A stretch of DNA of 64,000 bases from Fibrobacteria bacterium (GTDB lineage Bacteria; Fibrobacterota; Fibrobacteria; UBA11236; JADFYW01): NCBI GenBank assembly GCA_050294405.1, contig JBNKOC010000025.1:96001-160000 (forward strand), in the 5' to 3' direction. The first letter of the stretch is position 1; each line of letters begins with the position of its first letter. The position numbers were made by a program, and so were the translations under genes. Under the pieces are notes generated by a model. That model was not told where the DNA came from, searched no databases, and saw only the letters and a list, made by a program, of their open reading frames with translations. Positions 47,603-58,338 of this stretch are shown piece after piece.

Positions 47603-48918
47603 TAATAATTTTCTTCCGGCTCTTCCTCTTCCAAATCATGTTCTTCCTCCATATCTTCTTCAGATATGTAATCGTCAGAATCGAGCATAAGATTATATAC
47701 ATTTGGCAGCGCATTAGATAAACACAAAAAGCTCCATAAATATTCATTAAACGGTCTATTTAAAAAAGTCATTGAAAACAACATACCTGCCAAAGATGAC
47801 ATAAATACAAAACTTAATTTGGAAACCTCCATATCTCCATTTTCAAGAGCTAGTTTTTGAACGCTATATAGTCTAAAGTAGGTTAGTCCCAGAATAAATA
47901 AGTAAATAAATAGGCCCACAAAGCCTGTTTCCGAGCTAATCATCATCCAGATGCTATGGGGATTGTGGTAGCTGGGGCCATATATCAGGCATACTTCCAG
48001 CCAACCGCCCGGTCCCCAGCCAAAAATGGGCTTGTCTACCGTTGCATTAAAGGCTCCAATCATTAGCGCCATCCGGTTCGCTGCCGAGCCTTCGGTTTGT
48101 TCGGCACTAAGCTCAATAGTGTTCATTCTATCAAACCAGGAATCAGGTAAAGAAAAGAATACAACGGCGCCTAAAATTCCAACCAGGGTAAAATCTCTGA
48201 TTTTCTTTTTTGACACGAAGGTAATGTAAATTAGGGTCATAAAACAAACACCTAAGGAGGCGCCGCGACTATTTGAAAGCACGATAGCCACCATGGCTAA
48301 AGAGAAAATCAAAATAAAAAATGGTTTTGCGAGCTTTCGAAATTTGTAGTCGTAGTTGTAAATAAAGAAGATAAACAGAGGTAAGGTTCCCACAATTCCA
48401 GCTGTAAAGTCATTTCTATCTTCCATTTGGGAACCTGGGATTCCCATGTCTGTGGTGACCCCTTTAATCAAGCAATGGATACCTGCCTGTGAAGACCACA
48501 CCCCAATGGAAAGGGCCAGGGTCAACATGATGAACTTTATATCTTTGGTGCTGTTAATAGCGGTGTAAATAAACACCAACGGGATAAAGTACTTTAGCCA
48601 GGTGATAAATTCTGGCCAGGCAACTAGTCCAAAGGGAGACATGACGCAAGATAACATTATCCATATTAACATGCCCACTATGGAATAAAAGAATATGCCA
48701 AATTGGGGCACAAAAGCTTGGGTAAAATAAGACTTGGCGTAAGATAGGACTAAAACCAAAAGGGCAAGGTGGGCGGCTGGGAACCCCCCTGGGTTTTTGG
48801 CAAAGTCCAGGGGCCGAAAGAAATCATTCCATAAAAACATGGCGGCTGCCATAGCAAAGGAATGGAAAGAAATAATGCTTCCTAGGCCAAAAAGCCCTAA
48901 TACCAGTAAAAATCGCAT
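47599..48918 (-). CDS. O-antigen ligase/Wzy-like membrane protein (putative O-glycosylation ligase, exosortase A-associated)
   Basis: ~11 TMs; DRND, SNSRGA, PIFGWGPG, HSIW...SETGFVGL. Confidence 0.85.
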   Translation of the reverse strand: MRFLLVLGLFGLGSIISFHSFAMAAAMFLWNDFFRPLDFAKNPGGFPAAHLALLVLVLSYAKSYFTQAFVPQFGIFFYSIVGMLIWIMLSCVMSPFGLVAWPEFITWLKYFIPLVFIYTAINSTKDIKFIMLTLALSIGVWSSQAGIHCLIKGVTTDMGIPGSQMEDRNDFTAGIVGTLPLFIFFIYNYDYKFRKLAKPFFILIFSLAMVAIVLSNSRGASLGVCFMTLIYITFVSKKKIRDFTLVGILGAVVFFSLPDSWFDRMNTIELSAEQTEGSAANRMALMIGAFNATVDKPIFGWGPGGWLEVCLIYGPSYHNPHSIWMMISSETGFVGLFIYLFILGLTYFRLYSVQKLALENGDMEVSKLSFVFMSSLAGMLFSMTFLNRPFNEYLWSFLCLSNALPNVYNLMLDSDDYISEEDMEEEHDLEEEEPEENYY

Positions 48919-49056
48919 TTTATTTTAATTTAAATTTTGGCTTGTTCAGTGAGGCTAAAATAAAAAATGATGCCTTAGGTTTGTCTTAATTTTGGTTAAA
49001 AGGGGTAAAATATCCATAATCACTAATTTCATCATAGAAATTTTTAATTTAAAAAA

Positions 49057-50157
49057 ATGAAAATTAAGATTTTACATATTGTCCAGTCCTTTGGAGTTGG
49101 GGGAATGGAAGGAAGGATTAACCGATTGGCCAGGGGTTTGGACCCTGAACTTTTTTCTATCAGTATAATTACTTTAAGGCCCAACCCTAACAGACAATTA
49201 CAACTTCCTTCACATGTGAAAATATCGCATTTTGATATTCCCTCTGGAATTCACTTTGGCAAATTGATTAAACTATCGAATTATATTAGAAAAGAAAAAT
49301 TTTTGTTGGTACACTCTCACAATTGGGCAACTATGTTTTACGGCGTTTTGGCTGGTAGACTAGCTGTTAAACCATATGTTTTTCATGGAGAGCATGGAAT
49401 TAACTTTGAAGATACGCTTGGGATATCCTCTAAAAGGTTAATGCTTCAAAAAATTTTGGCTGCATTATGCCATCGAATTGTTGCTGTAAATTCGGCTATG
49501 GAAGAATACCTGAAATCAAACTGGAAATGTGGGAACAAGGTTGTATCCATAATGAATGGTGTGGATTTGCAGCGTTTCCAGCCAGCTGACGCGCCCAGGC
49601 ATCCTCTGGTTTTTGGTTTTATGGGACGCCTGGATAAAGTAAAAAATATTCCCTGCATATTATTAGCTGGAAAAATTTTGATGGATAAGGGCTACTACCC
49701 TGAAGACTTTAGAATCCTTATTGGTGGAAATGGCCCCGAGAAAGAACTGTTGGATAAACTTGTAATGGAACATGGCTTAGAAAAAGTTGTAGAGTTTTTA
49801 GGAGATTGTCAGGAGCCCGAAAAAGAATATTTGAAATTTTCGGTATTCATAAATTCTTCCTTTTCAGAGGGAATGAGCAATACTCTCTTGGAGGCAATGG
49901 CAGTTGGATTGGCTTTAATTTGGGCGAATAATGAGGGTAACAAAAGTTGGCTTTCCAATGGAAAAGACGGATTGGAATTTGAAAATGACGATAGTACAGG
50001 GTTAGCAGAAAAAATGGAATATTTTATAACTCATAAAGAGGAAATAAGCAGCTTTGGAATTGCAAATCGAAAAAGGGCTGAATCTGATTTTGACAATATG
50101 AATTTTATAAACAATTATAAAAGAGAATATTTGGGTTTATTTAGAAATGTTAATTAG
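49057..50157 (+). CDS. GT4 glycosyltransferase
   Basis: GGME, HSHNW, HGEHG, EGMSNTLLEAMAVG. Confidence 0.92.
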   Translation: MKIKILHIVQSFGVGGMEGRINRLARGLDPELFSISIITLRPNPNRQLQLPSHVKISHFDIPSGIHFGKLIKLSNYIRKEKFLLVHSHNWATMFYGVLAGRLAVKPYVFHGEHGINFEDTLGISSKRLMLQKILAALCHRIVAVNSAMEEYLKSNWKCGNKVVSIMNGVDLQRFQPADAPRHPLVFGFMGRLDKVKNIPCILLAGKILMDKGYYPEDFRILIGGNGPEKELLDKLVMEHGLEKVVEFLGDCQEPEKEYLKFSVFINSSFSEGMSNTLLEAMAVGLALIWANNEGNKSWLSNGKDGLEFENDDSTGLAEKMEYFITHKEEISSFGIANRKRAESDFDNMNFINNYKREYLGLFRNVN

Positions 50158-52393
50158 ATACATTATTTTTTTTACTCTTAGCTTATTGCCAACTGTTTTG
50201 GTTTTGGGATTGCCAAAACCTTCGTTAATTAGCCCATCAACATCCGATTTTAACCCCTATGTATCGTTTGGTTTGGCTTTTAAAAAGGGAGATGTTCCCA
50301 AATTAAAAACGCTTGCCCTGGAGCCAGTGGCAGCAATTGGCAATTTGATACAGGTGAACCCGCTTGCTCAGTACGAAGACAGTTCACTCAAGCATGCTAT
50401 AGTTCATTTAAAAGTTTCCAAGGATTTTTTGGAAACAAAACCGACTTTAAATTTCCTTTTATCTTCCCTTTCCCCTAAGGCCGCTCCTAAGCAAGGAATA
50501 ATTAATAAAAATGAAATTTTGATTTCTATTGCTTACGGAGGAAAAAGGTTTGAAGCAAAGTGGTCTTTGTTAAATCGCGCTTTGAAACCCTTAATCCGAT
50601 ATTCAGGTCCTCTTTGTGTGGAAAAAAAATATCATTTGCCTTTTAAAGATGACAAGGGCCGGGAGCATCCCCACTTGGCTGTTGTTTTAAATGTTCGGGA
50701 ATATGAGGGGGGAGCCAGTTTCCGATATGATGTGAGTGTGGAAAATATCTTCAGTTATGTCGCTAATCCAGGGGGATATGAATATTCTGCAAAAATATAC
50801 TTAAATCAAAAAATTATTTTTGAACAAAAGAAATTAACTCATACCCACCATTCCAGATGGAGGAGGACATTTTGGGATAATTCAGCAGGTGAAATCCAAG
50901 TCAAAGATGACATAGACTATTTATTTTCCACAGACATTATTCCAAACTATGACAGATCTGTGAAAGTATCTTCTGAGGCGATTCGCAATTTGCCGATTCA
51001 CATTCCTCCTATGGAAATAGGGAGCTTCACTTCATATATGCCACAAACAGGTGCGCAAGCAACCATAGGCCCGTTGCCTCATTTTGCTGCGATTTATTTA
51101 TTAACAGGAAATGCAAACGCCAAGCTTTCAGTACTGGAACATGGAAATGCTGGGGGAACTTACCAGATACATTACAAACTCAAAAAAAAGCAGCTTCCCA
51201 TAACATTAGCAGATTATCCTTATTTAACTTTGGATGCTGGACGTAATGACACAAGAAACCCCAAGACCGGACGATTTGAAGCCTTCCCTCCGGTAAAAAT
51301 CGGACTTGAAAAACACAGGCCGGATGATGCCCACCAACCTTCCATAGCGTTTTTGCCGTATTTATTAACAGCTGACGATTATTATTTGGAGGAGCTTCAT
51401 TATTGGGCGAATTATAATGTTATTAAAGCTCATCCGGGATATCGGGAATATGAAAAAGGGCTTTTGAAATGGGGGCAAGTTCGTGCTCAAGCCTGGTCTT
51501 TGCGAACTCTAGCTCATGCAGCGTTTATCACGCCAAATAACCATCCGCTATACGATTATTTTAACGATATTTTGAGCAATAACATAGAGTATTATAACCA
51601 AAGCTATGGCAATTCCAAAAATGAATTGGGGATAGTGAATACCAGAATTCCAAGACCGTGGATGGATGATTATTTAACCTGGGCAGTAGGTTATGTATAT
51701 CAACTTGGCCACAAATCTATTTTACCCTTCTTTGAGTATAAATCAAGATTCCCAGTACTAAGAATGACTCCTCCATTTTGCTGGCATCAAGCTTCGATTT
51801 ATGAGGATAAAATTTTTAACGCAGATGGAAGTATTTTCTCAAAGGCTGAGGAATATATAAAATCAAATAGCCCGGCTTCCTGTGTAGGGTACGAAATGAA
51901 TGGATACCCAAAAGATGCGATGGGGTATGGCGCTTTTTTGCAGCCTGCCTTGGCTATTATTTACGATTTTAATATGGAAGGAAGCAAGGCTGCTTGGAAC
52001 CTTTATGAAAAGCGCCACCCGAGCCAGGATTATAGCCGTTACCCTCAATTCGCCATTGTTCCTAAAAATTATAAAAAAGAAAAAAAACCGAAGGCGGATT
52101 TAAGCCAGGTAAAAGTAAAAGAAGCTGAGCCTGCTGGAAATGTAGAGCCATTTATTAAAATAAAATTAAATTATAAAGCCACTGTGTTTGGGGAAATTAT
52201 TTTGCAGGACGATAAAACCAATTTAGAATGTTTGTTGGGAAAATTTCCAAAAGGAGAGCATACAATAACATTGGGGGAAATTAAGAAGTGCGCTGAAAAA
52301 GCAAAATTGGAGTTCCCCATAAAAATAAAATTAAAATCTTTAGATAGTTTTAGGCATACGGAATATATAAGCGAAGAATTCGAATACAAATAA
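50147..52393 (+). CDS. Secreted hypothetical protein, YetA/PcRGLX (rhamnogalacturonan lyase)-like architecture
   Basis: N-terminal VSFGLAFKKGDVP...AQYEDSSLKHA; helical-toroid-like DDAHQPS..YLLTAD.YYLEE and QVRAQAWSLR. Confidence 0.55.
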   Translation: MLIRYIIFFTLSLLPTVLVLGLPKPSLISPSTSDFNPYVSFGLAFKKGDVPKLKTLALEPVAAIGNLIQVNPLAQYEDSSLKHAIVHLKVSKDFLETKPTLNFLLSSLSPKAAPKQGIINKNEILISIAYGGKRFEAKWSLLNRALKPLIRYSGPLCVEKKYHLPFKDDKGREHPHLAVVLNVREYEGGASFRYDVSVENIFSYVANPGGYEYSAKIYLNQKIIFEQKKLTHTHHSRWRRTFWDNSAGEIQVKDDIDYLFSTDIIPNYDRSVKVSSEAIRNLPIHIPPMEIGSFTSYMPQTGAQATIGPLPHFAAIYLLTGNANAKLSVLEHGNAGGTYQIHYKLKKKQLPITLADYPYLTLDAGRNDTRNPKTGRFEAFPPVKIGLEKHRPDDAHQPSIAFLPYLLTADDYYLEELHYWANYNVIKAHPGYREYEKGLLKWGQVRAQAWSLRTLAHAAFITPNNHPLYDYFNDILSNNIEYYNQSYGNSKNELGIVNTRIPRPWMDDYLTWAVGYVYQLGHKSILPFFEYKSRFPVLRMTPPFCWHQASIYEDKIFNADGSIFSKAEEYIKSNSPASCVGYEMNGYPKDAMGYGAFLQPALAIIYDFNMEGSKAAWNLYEKRHPSQDYSRYPQFAIVPKNYKKEKKPKADLSQVKVKEAEPAGNVEPFIKIKLNYKATVFGEIILQDDKTNLECLLGKFPKGEHTITLGEIKKCAEKAKLEFPIKIKLKSLDSFRHTEYISEEFEYK

Positions 52394-52429
52394 ATATTTT
52401 GAAATAAGAGCTTTCTATGCAAAAGCCGG

Positions 52430-53617
52430 TTATAGAGCTAAGCCTAGTTTATTTTGAAAAACTTCATGGACATTCTGAGCTACGGTCTCCCAAGTTCTGG
52501 ATTGGCCCACGCTTTGAATTTTTTCATTGTTCCAGGAAGTTTTCATGGCTTTTTCCATACCAATCGCTAGTGGTTCCACGGCTCTTTTTTCGACTAAAAT
52601 TCCAAGCTCAGCATTGTAAACAATTTCTGGAATTCCCCAAACCTTAGTTGCAATAATAGGCAATCCCATTGCTTGCGCTTCACATAATACATTTGGCCAA
52701 CCTTCCCTGGAGCTGGCTAAGGCAAAGTAATCAGCGGCTCCATACCAGTTTCTCAAGTCTTTATTTTCAATTGCCCCTGCAAAAAGAACTCTATCTTCTA
52801 TTTTATTTTGCTTGCACAACTGTACCAACTCGTTGCGCTGGGGGCCATCGCCCACTAGCACTAATAAACTATTTTTATCCGACAAATTTGAAAAAGATTC
52901 AATAATTATATGAAAGCCTTTTCTCTCTGTTTGATGCCCAACAGAAAGCCATATTTTTTTATCCTGAGGAAGAGATAGCCGTTCCCGGGCTTTTATTTTT
53001 GAAATGGGACTAAATATATCTGGATTGATACCGTTTCCAATTACCGACATCTTTTGGGGGCTTATGCCCATGTTTAAAGCCACATCCTGCAAATCACTGC
53101 ATACATGAATAATGTGATTGGCTTTTTCCATAGCCCATATAATTTTTTTTCTAACGGCTGGGAAATTTGGAAACAGGTTTAAATCTGTGCCTCTGGCGGA
53201 AATTACAATTGGGATATTTAATTCTGTAGCGATTTTAACTGCAGCGTAGCTGTCCGGGAAAATGTAATGTGCGTCAATAGCATCGATTTTCTTTTTAGAG
53301 TGGATATTGTGGACACTTTTTCTTAAGGTTTGATACATCCAATCGCCATAATATTTCATTCCAACTTTTGGAGTTAAAAAATATCTGGGGTGGTGTATTG
53401 GGTATCCCCAGGGCTCTTCGTAATGGGGAACACTGATGAACTCCTCGTATTTTTTGCTAAAATTCCCCAAAATTTTTGGGGCATATGGGATAGGCGCAAC
53501 AACAGTCCAGTCATGTTTGTATATTTGGGTATAAGCCTCCATGCGATTGCGAACAAACACAGCATGGACTTTTTGAATGGAGTTGGGAAATAAACTTGTA
53601 AAGCTAAGAATATGCAT
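52430..53617 (-). CDS. GT4 glycosyltransferase (TuaC-like)
   Basis: SLFPN, DAHYIFPD, ARGTD, REGWPNVLCEA. Confidence 0.92.
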   Translation of the reverse strand: MHILSFTSLFPNSIQKVHAVFVRNRMEAYTQIYKHDWTVVAPIPYAPKILGNFSKKYEEFISVPHYEEPWGYPIHHPRYFLTPKVGMKYYGDWMYQTLRKSVHNIHSKKKIDAIDAHYIFPDSYAAVKIATELNIPIVISARGTDLNLFPNFPAVRKKIIWAMEKANHIIHVCSDLQDVALNMGISPQKMSVIGNGINPDIFSPISKIKARERLSLPQDKKIWLSVGHQTERKGFHIIIESFSNLSDKNSLLVLVGDGPQRNELVQLCKQNKIEDRVLFAGAIENKDLRNWYGAADYFALASSREGWPNVLCEAQAMGLPIIATKVWGIPEIVYNAELGILVEKRAVEPLAIGMEKAMKTSWNNEKIQSVGQSRTWETVAQNVHEVFQNKLGLAL

Positions 53618-53621
53618 TGGA

Positions 53622-54797
53622 TTAGATAAGCTTTAGTTTTTTTAAAACAGTATTCCCATGGCTTTTCCAGGTTAAATTCTCCCGTATGTATGTCCTGGCA
53701 TTTTGCCCTATGGTATTGGCCAAATCTGGATTTTCCAGCAGACTTATAACTAGTTCCTTCATTTGCTGAAAATCATTTTTGGGAAAGATTAAACCGGTTT
53801 TATTGTGTTCCAGAACCGCGGTAATAGAAGGAAGATCAGGGGCGACAATTGGCAGCCCCGAAGCCATGTATTCCATTAATTTCATAGGTGAAGCGTGAAT
53901 AGCAGCTTGGGGGATAACGGCAATATTTAAAAGTTGTAAATGTTTAGGAACTTCTGTTATGGAAACCATTCCGGTAAATTCCACACTTTCCCTGATGTTC
54001 AGCTGTTTCGCCAAGGATTCGATATCCAGCCTCACAGGCCCATCTCCAATAAATAAAAATTTTAAGGAATATCTTTTTTGATCGGGCCCAAGATAATTGA
54101 GGATTTCTTTAAGGCCATGCCAGGGTAAAAATTGGCCAGAACCGCCAATAACAACTTTTCCTTTTGTAGAATATTTTTCACGCAAACTACTGGTATCGTT
54201 ATCGATTTCAAAATGGCTGAAATTGACCGCATTAGGTAAAACCAGAATTTTTTCTGTTGGAATGGGGAAGGCTCCCACAAGGCGGCTTTTAAAATCATCC
54301 GTTATGGTGATAATTAAATCTGTTTTTTTTGAACAGTATTTTTCAATAATTTTTGAAATTGAATTAAAACTCAGTGGGCGGCTTCTCTCAATAGTAACAC
54401 TGTCATTTATTTCCAAAACATGGGGGATGTCCAAAACCTTTGATAAAAAAACAGCGCTAAAAGTGTTTAAGGAATAACGTTCATAAATAAGTTGAGGTTT
54501 ATGGATTAATATCAATTTTAAAAGCTTAAAAAAGATTACCAGATTGTATCCCAATTCAATAATTTCAAAAATGAATTGGGGACTGAATTCGGAAATGGCC
54601 CAATATATTTTTTTTATGAGGTTTGGTTTTTGTTCCGAAGTATTTTCTGCCGCTTTTTGGTTTAAAGTGGGATCGCAACCCTGAGGGCACAACATTTTCA
54701 ACTTATGGCCCAATTCTTGAAAGGCTTGGTACATTCCCATGATATGGGCGCCCTCCGCGCCTACTCCCTGGGTCCGGTGGATATAAAGTATTTTCAT
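53622..54797 (-). CDS. GT4 glycosyltransferase
   Basis: IYERYS, PWHG, SPMKLMEYMASG. Confidence 0.92.
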   Translation of the reverse strand: MKILYIHRTQGVGAEGAHIMGMYQAFQELGHKLKMLCPQGCDPTLNQKAAENTSEQKPNLIKKIYWAISEFSPQFIFEIIELGYNLVIFFKLLKLILIHKPQLIYERYSLNTFSAVFLSKVLDIPHVLEINDSVTIERSRPLSFNSISKIIEKYCSKKTDLIITITDDFKSRLVGAFPIPTEKILVLPNAVNFSHFEIDNDTSSLREKYSTKGKVVIGGSGQFLPWHGLKEILNYLGPDQKRYSLKFLFIGDGPVRLDIESLAKQLNIRESVEFTGMVSITEVPKHLQLLNIAVIPQAAIHASPMKLMEYMASGLPIVAPDLPSITAVLEHNKTGLIFPKNDFQQMKELVISLLENPDLANTIGQNARTYIRENLTWKSHGNTVLKKLKLI

Positions 54798-56710
54798 CAG
54801 TGCAGGGGAATGTTATGTTGCTTTGACCAAAGGGAAAAAGATATTAAAGCAAATATTGGGTAAGAATGGTCCCGAATTCCGCTATTGTGTTCTTTAATCA
54901 ATTTGCTAATATAGGAACTGTTAAATAGGGGGCTTTGGCTCAATACGCTATTTTCTCCAATATGCTCTTCACAAAAATTCTTCAGATCTTTCCTTAACCA
55001 TTCTTTAAGAGGAATAGAAAATCCAGTTTTAGGGCGGCTAAAAATTTCTTCTGGAAGTATTTTTTGCAGAGATTTTTTAAAAATGTATTTAGACTCTTTG
55101 CCTTTTAGTTTCCAATGAGAAGGAAATTTGGCGGCTAATTCCATAAATTTATGATCTAAAATAGGAACTCTCACTTCCAGGGAAACAGCCATGCTGGCGC
55201 GGTCCACTTTAGTTAGAATATCGTCAACCAAATAGGTTTTCATATCCAAATATTGAATTTTGGACATGCCGTCTCTGGAGTCACAATGGTTGTAATGTTC
55301 TTCGAATACATTTAAGCTGTTGTAGCCATTTAACTTTCCGGCCATTTCTGTTGAAAACAGTTCTTGTTTCATTTCTGGCAAGAAATGAGACATGCTTCTG
55401 AAATAGCCCTCCACATGATTTACAGAAAGGTTAGTCAACATGGTTTTGGCGCGCAAAGGTTGTGGCAACCAATCGGCCTTGGGATAAATGTTTGCAAAAG
55501 GTTTTATTAAATAATCTCTGGAAAATTTTGGGAGGCTTTGCCTTAAATTTTGTTCCATGTTATCAAAGTAATAACGCCTGTAACCTGCAAAATTTTCATC
55601 TCCACCATCGCCGGAAAGGGCAACGGTAACCTTTTCTCGGGCAGCCTTACATACATAGTAAGTCGGAATCATGGACGAGTCGGCAAAAGGTTCGTCAAAA
55701 TACCAGGATAATTCGTTTAGCGCCTGGGCCGCCTCTGGAGTGATCGACTTTTCAAAATGATTTGTTTTGAAAAAATCTGCGGTTTTTCGGGCTTCATTTT
55801 GCTCCCCGTAGCCATTTACATCGAAACCAATTGTATGGGTGTTTACAGCAGATTCGGAATTTTTGCTCATGAGCGCAACCACAGCAGAAGAATCCACGCC
55901 GCCACTTAAAAAACTACCGATGGGAACGTCGCTTATCATGCGAAGCTTAATAGAATTTTCCAACTCGATAAGTAAGTCCTCTTGGGCTTTTTCAAAGGCG
56001 TTTTCATTATTGTATTCATTGTCCACTTCAAAGGATATATCCCAATATGCTTTTTCTTTTAGTTCGCCTTTTGAGTTTACTTTAAGCCAATGCCCCGCCC
56101 TTAATTTTCGGATATTTTGGTAAATAGATTTGGGTGCGGGTATATACATCAGAGAAAAATAATCGCTCATGGCCTGATAATTAATGTCGCGTGGAAAGCC
56201 CGGATATTTTAAGATAGCTTTACATTCTGAGGCGAATATAAAACTGTTATCCCATTTGCCGTAATATAAAGGTTTTATCCCCAACCGGTCTCTGGCTAAA
56301 AACAGGGAGCCATCTTCATTGTTATAAACGCAAAAAGCAAACATACCCCGTAAACGTTGGAGACAATCTTCTTTCCAATGGCTATAGCTTTTTAACAGAA
56401 CCTCGGTGTCGCTGTGCGTGTTGAAGCTATAACCTAAATTCTCAAGCTCTTTTCGTATTTCACCATGGTTATAAATTTCCCCATTAAAAACAATACTGTA
56501 TTGGCCGTCAGGGCTAATCATTGGCTGTTGGCCGGAAGCCAAATCAATAATGCTCAACCTTTTGTGGGAGAGCCAGATTTTATAATTTTCGGAATGGTAA
56601 ATGCCATCTTCGTCGGGGCCACGGTGGTGAATGGCTTGATTCATGCTTTCCATGTGATTGCCAAAATCTTCCCGAGGACGATTGGATAAAATGCCTGCTA
56701 TGCCACACAT
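54797..56710 (-). CDS. asnB: Asparagine synthase-like amidotransferase (XrtA/PEP-CTERM system type)
   Basis: MCGIAG, HRGPD, RLSIID, FLSGGVDSS, SGDGGDENFAGYRRY, DILTKVDRASMA. Confidence 0.93.
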   Translation of the reverse strand: MCGIAGILSNRPREDFGNHMESMNQAIHHRGPDEDGIYHSENYKIWLSHKRLSIIDLASGQQPMISPDGQYSIVFNGEIYNHGEIRKELENLGYSFNTHSDTEVLLKSYSHWKEDCLQRLRGMFAFCVYNNEDGSLFLARDRLGIKPLYYGKWDNSFIFASECKAILKYPGFPRDINYQAMSDYFSLMYIPAPKSIYQNIRKLRAGHWLKVNSKGELKEKAYWDISFEVDNEYNNENAFEKAQEDLLIELENSIKLRMISDVPIGSFLSGGVDSSAVVALMSKNSESAVNTHTIGFDVNGYGEQNEARKTADFFKTNHFEKSITPEAAQALNELSWYFDEPFADSSMIPTYYVCKAAREKVTVALSGDGGDENFAGYRRYYFDNMEQNLRQSLPKFSRDYLIKPFANIYPKADWLPQPLRAKTMLTNLSVNHVEGYFRSMSHFLPEMKQELFSTEMAGKLNGYNSLNVFEEHYNHCDSRDGMSKIQYLDMKTYLVDDILTKVDRASMAVSLEVRVPILDHKFMELAAKFPSHWKLKGKESKYIFKKSLQKILPEEIFSRPKTGFSIPLKEWLRKDLKNFCEEHIGENSVLSQSPLFNSSYISKLIKEHNSGIRDHSYPIFALISFSLWSKQHNIPLH

Positions 56711-56739
56711 AATTTATAATGTAATTATTTGCATTAAAT

Positions 56740-56772
56740 AAAAAAAAGCAAAGGCAAATTACCTTTGCTTTT
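56740..56772 (-). terminator. Intrinsic terminator downstream of epsI (possibly bidirectional)
   Basis: AAAAGCAAAGG-7 nt loop-CCTTTGCTTTT with an 8-T tract on the minus strand. Confidence 0.8.
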
Positions 56773-56824
56773 ATAAATCGTAAAATTAATTCATAACTTT
56801 TTCTAGCATAGAGTTAGGGCTATC

Positions 56825-57466
56825 CTAATTTTTTAAGGCAGGGTTTAAATATTTCTCCAGGGCGGGGAGTAACACAGAGGTAAAATTTTCAAATTTCTCT
56901 TTTGCAGCCTCTGGGGATTCAGATTTATTTTCAGGGCTTAAAAGACGAATTAAGGCGGCTCCTTCGGATTTTTGCCCGAAAAGGCCTCCCAAAAACATTT
57001 TAAAGGAAGATTGCAAATAATCGGAAGTGTACTGGTCTTTAATTTTGTACCAATAATACACTCTGGATCTCATGTTCTGATGATCAATGGAAATGACTGT
57101 TGCGTCTACCGGGTTATTTTCCATGCGGACTTTTTGAAGGGAACCCACATGAGCTCCCGATCCCCTTAAGCAGGCTTCCTGAGCATGAGCAGATTTCCGG
57201 TTACTGCGAGAAATATAAGCTACCACCAAGGACATGTATCGGTTGCCATCAGAATAGACTCGTTTGATAATATCTGTAGTCTCTAGTCCCCTGAGCTCAG
57301 ATTCACTTGGAGCTGTTTGGCTTACCATTGTCCAGGAACCCAATTGTTTGGGAATGTTATTGGTAAAATCGGTTTCGCTGCGAACTGGCTGTTTAAATAA
57401 AAATAAATGGGTTAAAGTGCCGCTAAGGGCAAGACTAATAATTAAAACCCATTTGCCTCCCATCAT
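56825..57466 (-). CDS. epsI: EpsI family exosortase-associated periplasmic protein
   Basis: IPKQLGSW, RVYSD, AHAQEACLRGSG, VYYWY, ALIRL; overlaps the exosortase stop. Confidence 0.85.
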   Translation of the reverse strand: MMGGKWVLIISLALSGTLTHLFLFKQPVRSETDFTNNIPKQLGSWTMVSQTAPSESELRGLETTDIIKRVYSDGNRYMSLVVAYISRSNRKSAHAQEACLRGSGAHVGSLQKVRMENNPVDATVISIDHQNMRSRVYYWYKIKDQYTSDYLQSSFKMFLGGLFGQKSEGAALIRLLSPENKSESPEAAKEKFENFTSVLLPALEKYLNPALKN

Positions 57467-58338
57467 CCTAGCTTCTCAAGTTTTAAGAATTTTACAAATA
57501 GGCTGGATAAATACAAACAAGCCAGCGCCCCGGCGAAAATAAAAAAGCCTGTTAACAGGTGGATATCATAATCCATTATCCGTGGTTTAAAGACAAAATC
57601 CGCTCCCCAAAAAAAAACCAGGTATGATACGATACATATACGAATTCCATTGCCTATAATGGCCGCAGGAATTATGGTAATAAGGGAAGCTAAAACTGCA
57701 ATGCTTCCTTTTTTTCTGCTGGACCAGGCGTATAAAGTGCCCAAGGCAATTAGACTCAAAAGGCTTCGCAAACCGGAGCACACATCCCCAATGGCCAGTT
57801 TTTCTTCTCCGAATAACATATAGGAGCCAATGCGAACAGCTGGGACGCCGGTTATATTAAGCAGGTAAGATGCCAAATCGGAGGCCCAGAATTTTAACTT
57901 GAAATTGAGGCTGCTGATAATAAAATCGGGAAGCGGAATGGCAAAAAACAAAAACAAAATAGGGAACCAAAGTGTGTTGTAGCCTTTTAGTCCCCAAAGG
58001 CTAATGCAGGCGCCGCTAAGGACAAATAACATGGAAAGGCCCGAAAGTGAGGACACATCAGCCAATCCGGAAAGCAGGTGCGTAAAAATACCTGCAAAAA
58101 ATATTAGAAGTCCTAACCCTCTGTTTTCATTGCTGGGGGGAGCAATCTCGTCTTTCAATTTCCAAATTAGCCAAGCGCTAATAAAGGGAATTAAGTATCC
58201 ATGACTGCTGTAGGAATTTTCTTCCTCGAAGCGGCCATACATCCAGCGAAATGTGGGGATGTAATTTGCAATAAAAACAAGGGCGAAAAAAAGCCCGTAT
58301 CCCCAGCTTATAGGCTGCGCTTTGCTAATCGAGTTCAT
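57463..58338 (-). CDS. Exosortase (EpsH/Xrt family)
   Basis: YSSHGYLIP; catalytic Cys in VCSGLRS, Arg in NGIRI, His in IHLLTG; start may instead be 58389. Confidence 0.93.
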   Translation of the reverse strand: MNSISKAQPISWGYGLFFALVFIANYIPTFRWMYGRFEEENSYSSHGYLIPFISAWLIWKLKDEIAPPSNENRGLGLLIFFAGIFTHLLSGLADVSSLSGLSMLFVLSGACISLWGLKGYNTLWFPILFLFFAIPLPDFIISSLNFKLKFWASDLASYLLNITGVPAVRIGSYMLFGEEKLAIGDVCSGLRSLLSLIALGTLYAWSSRKKGSIAVLASLITIIPAAIIGNGIRICIVSYLVFFWGADFVFKPRIMDYDIHLLTGFFIFAGALACLYLSSLFVKFLKLEKLG

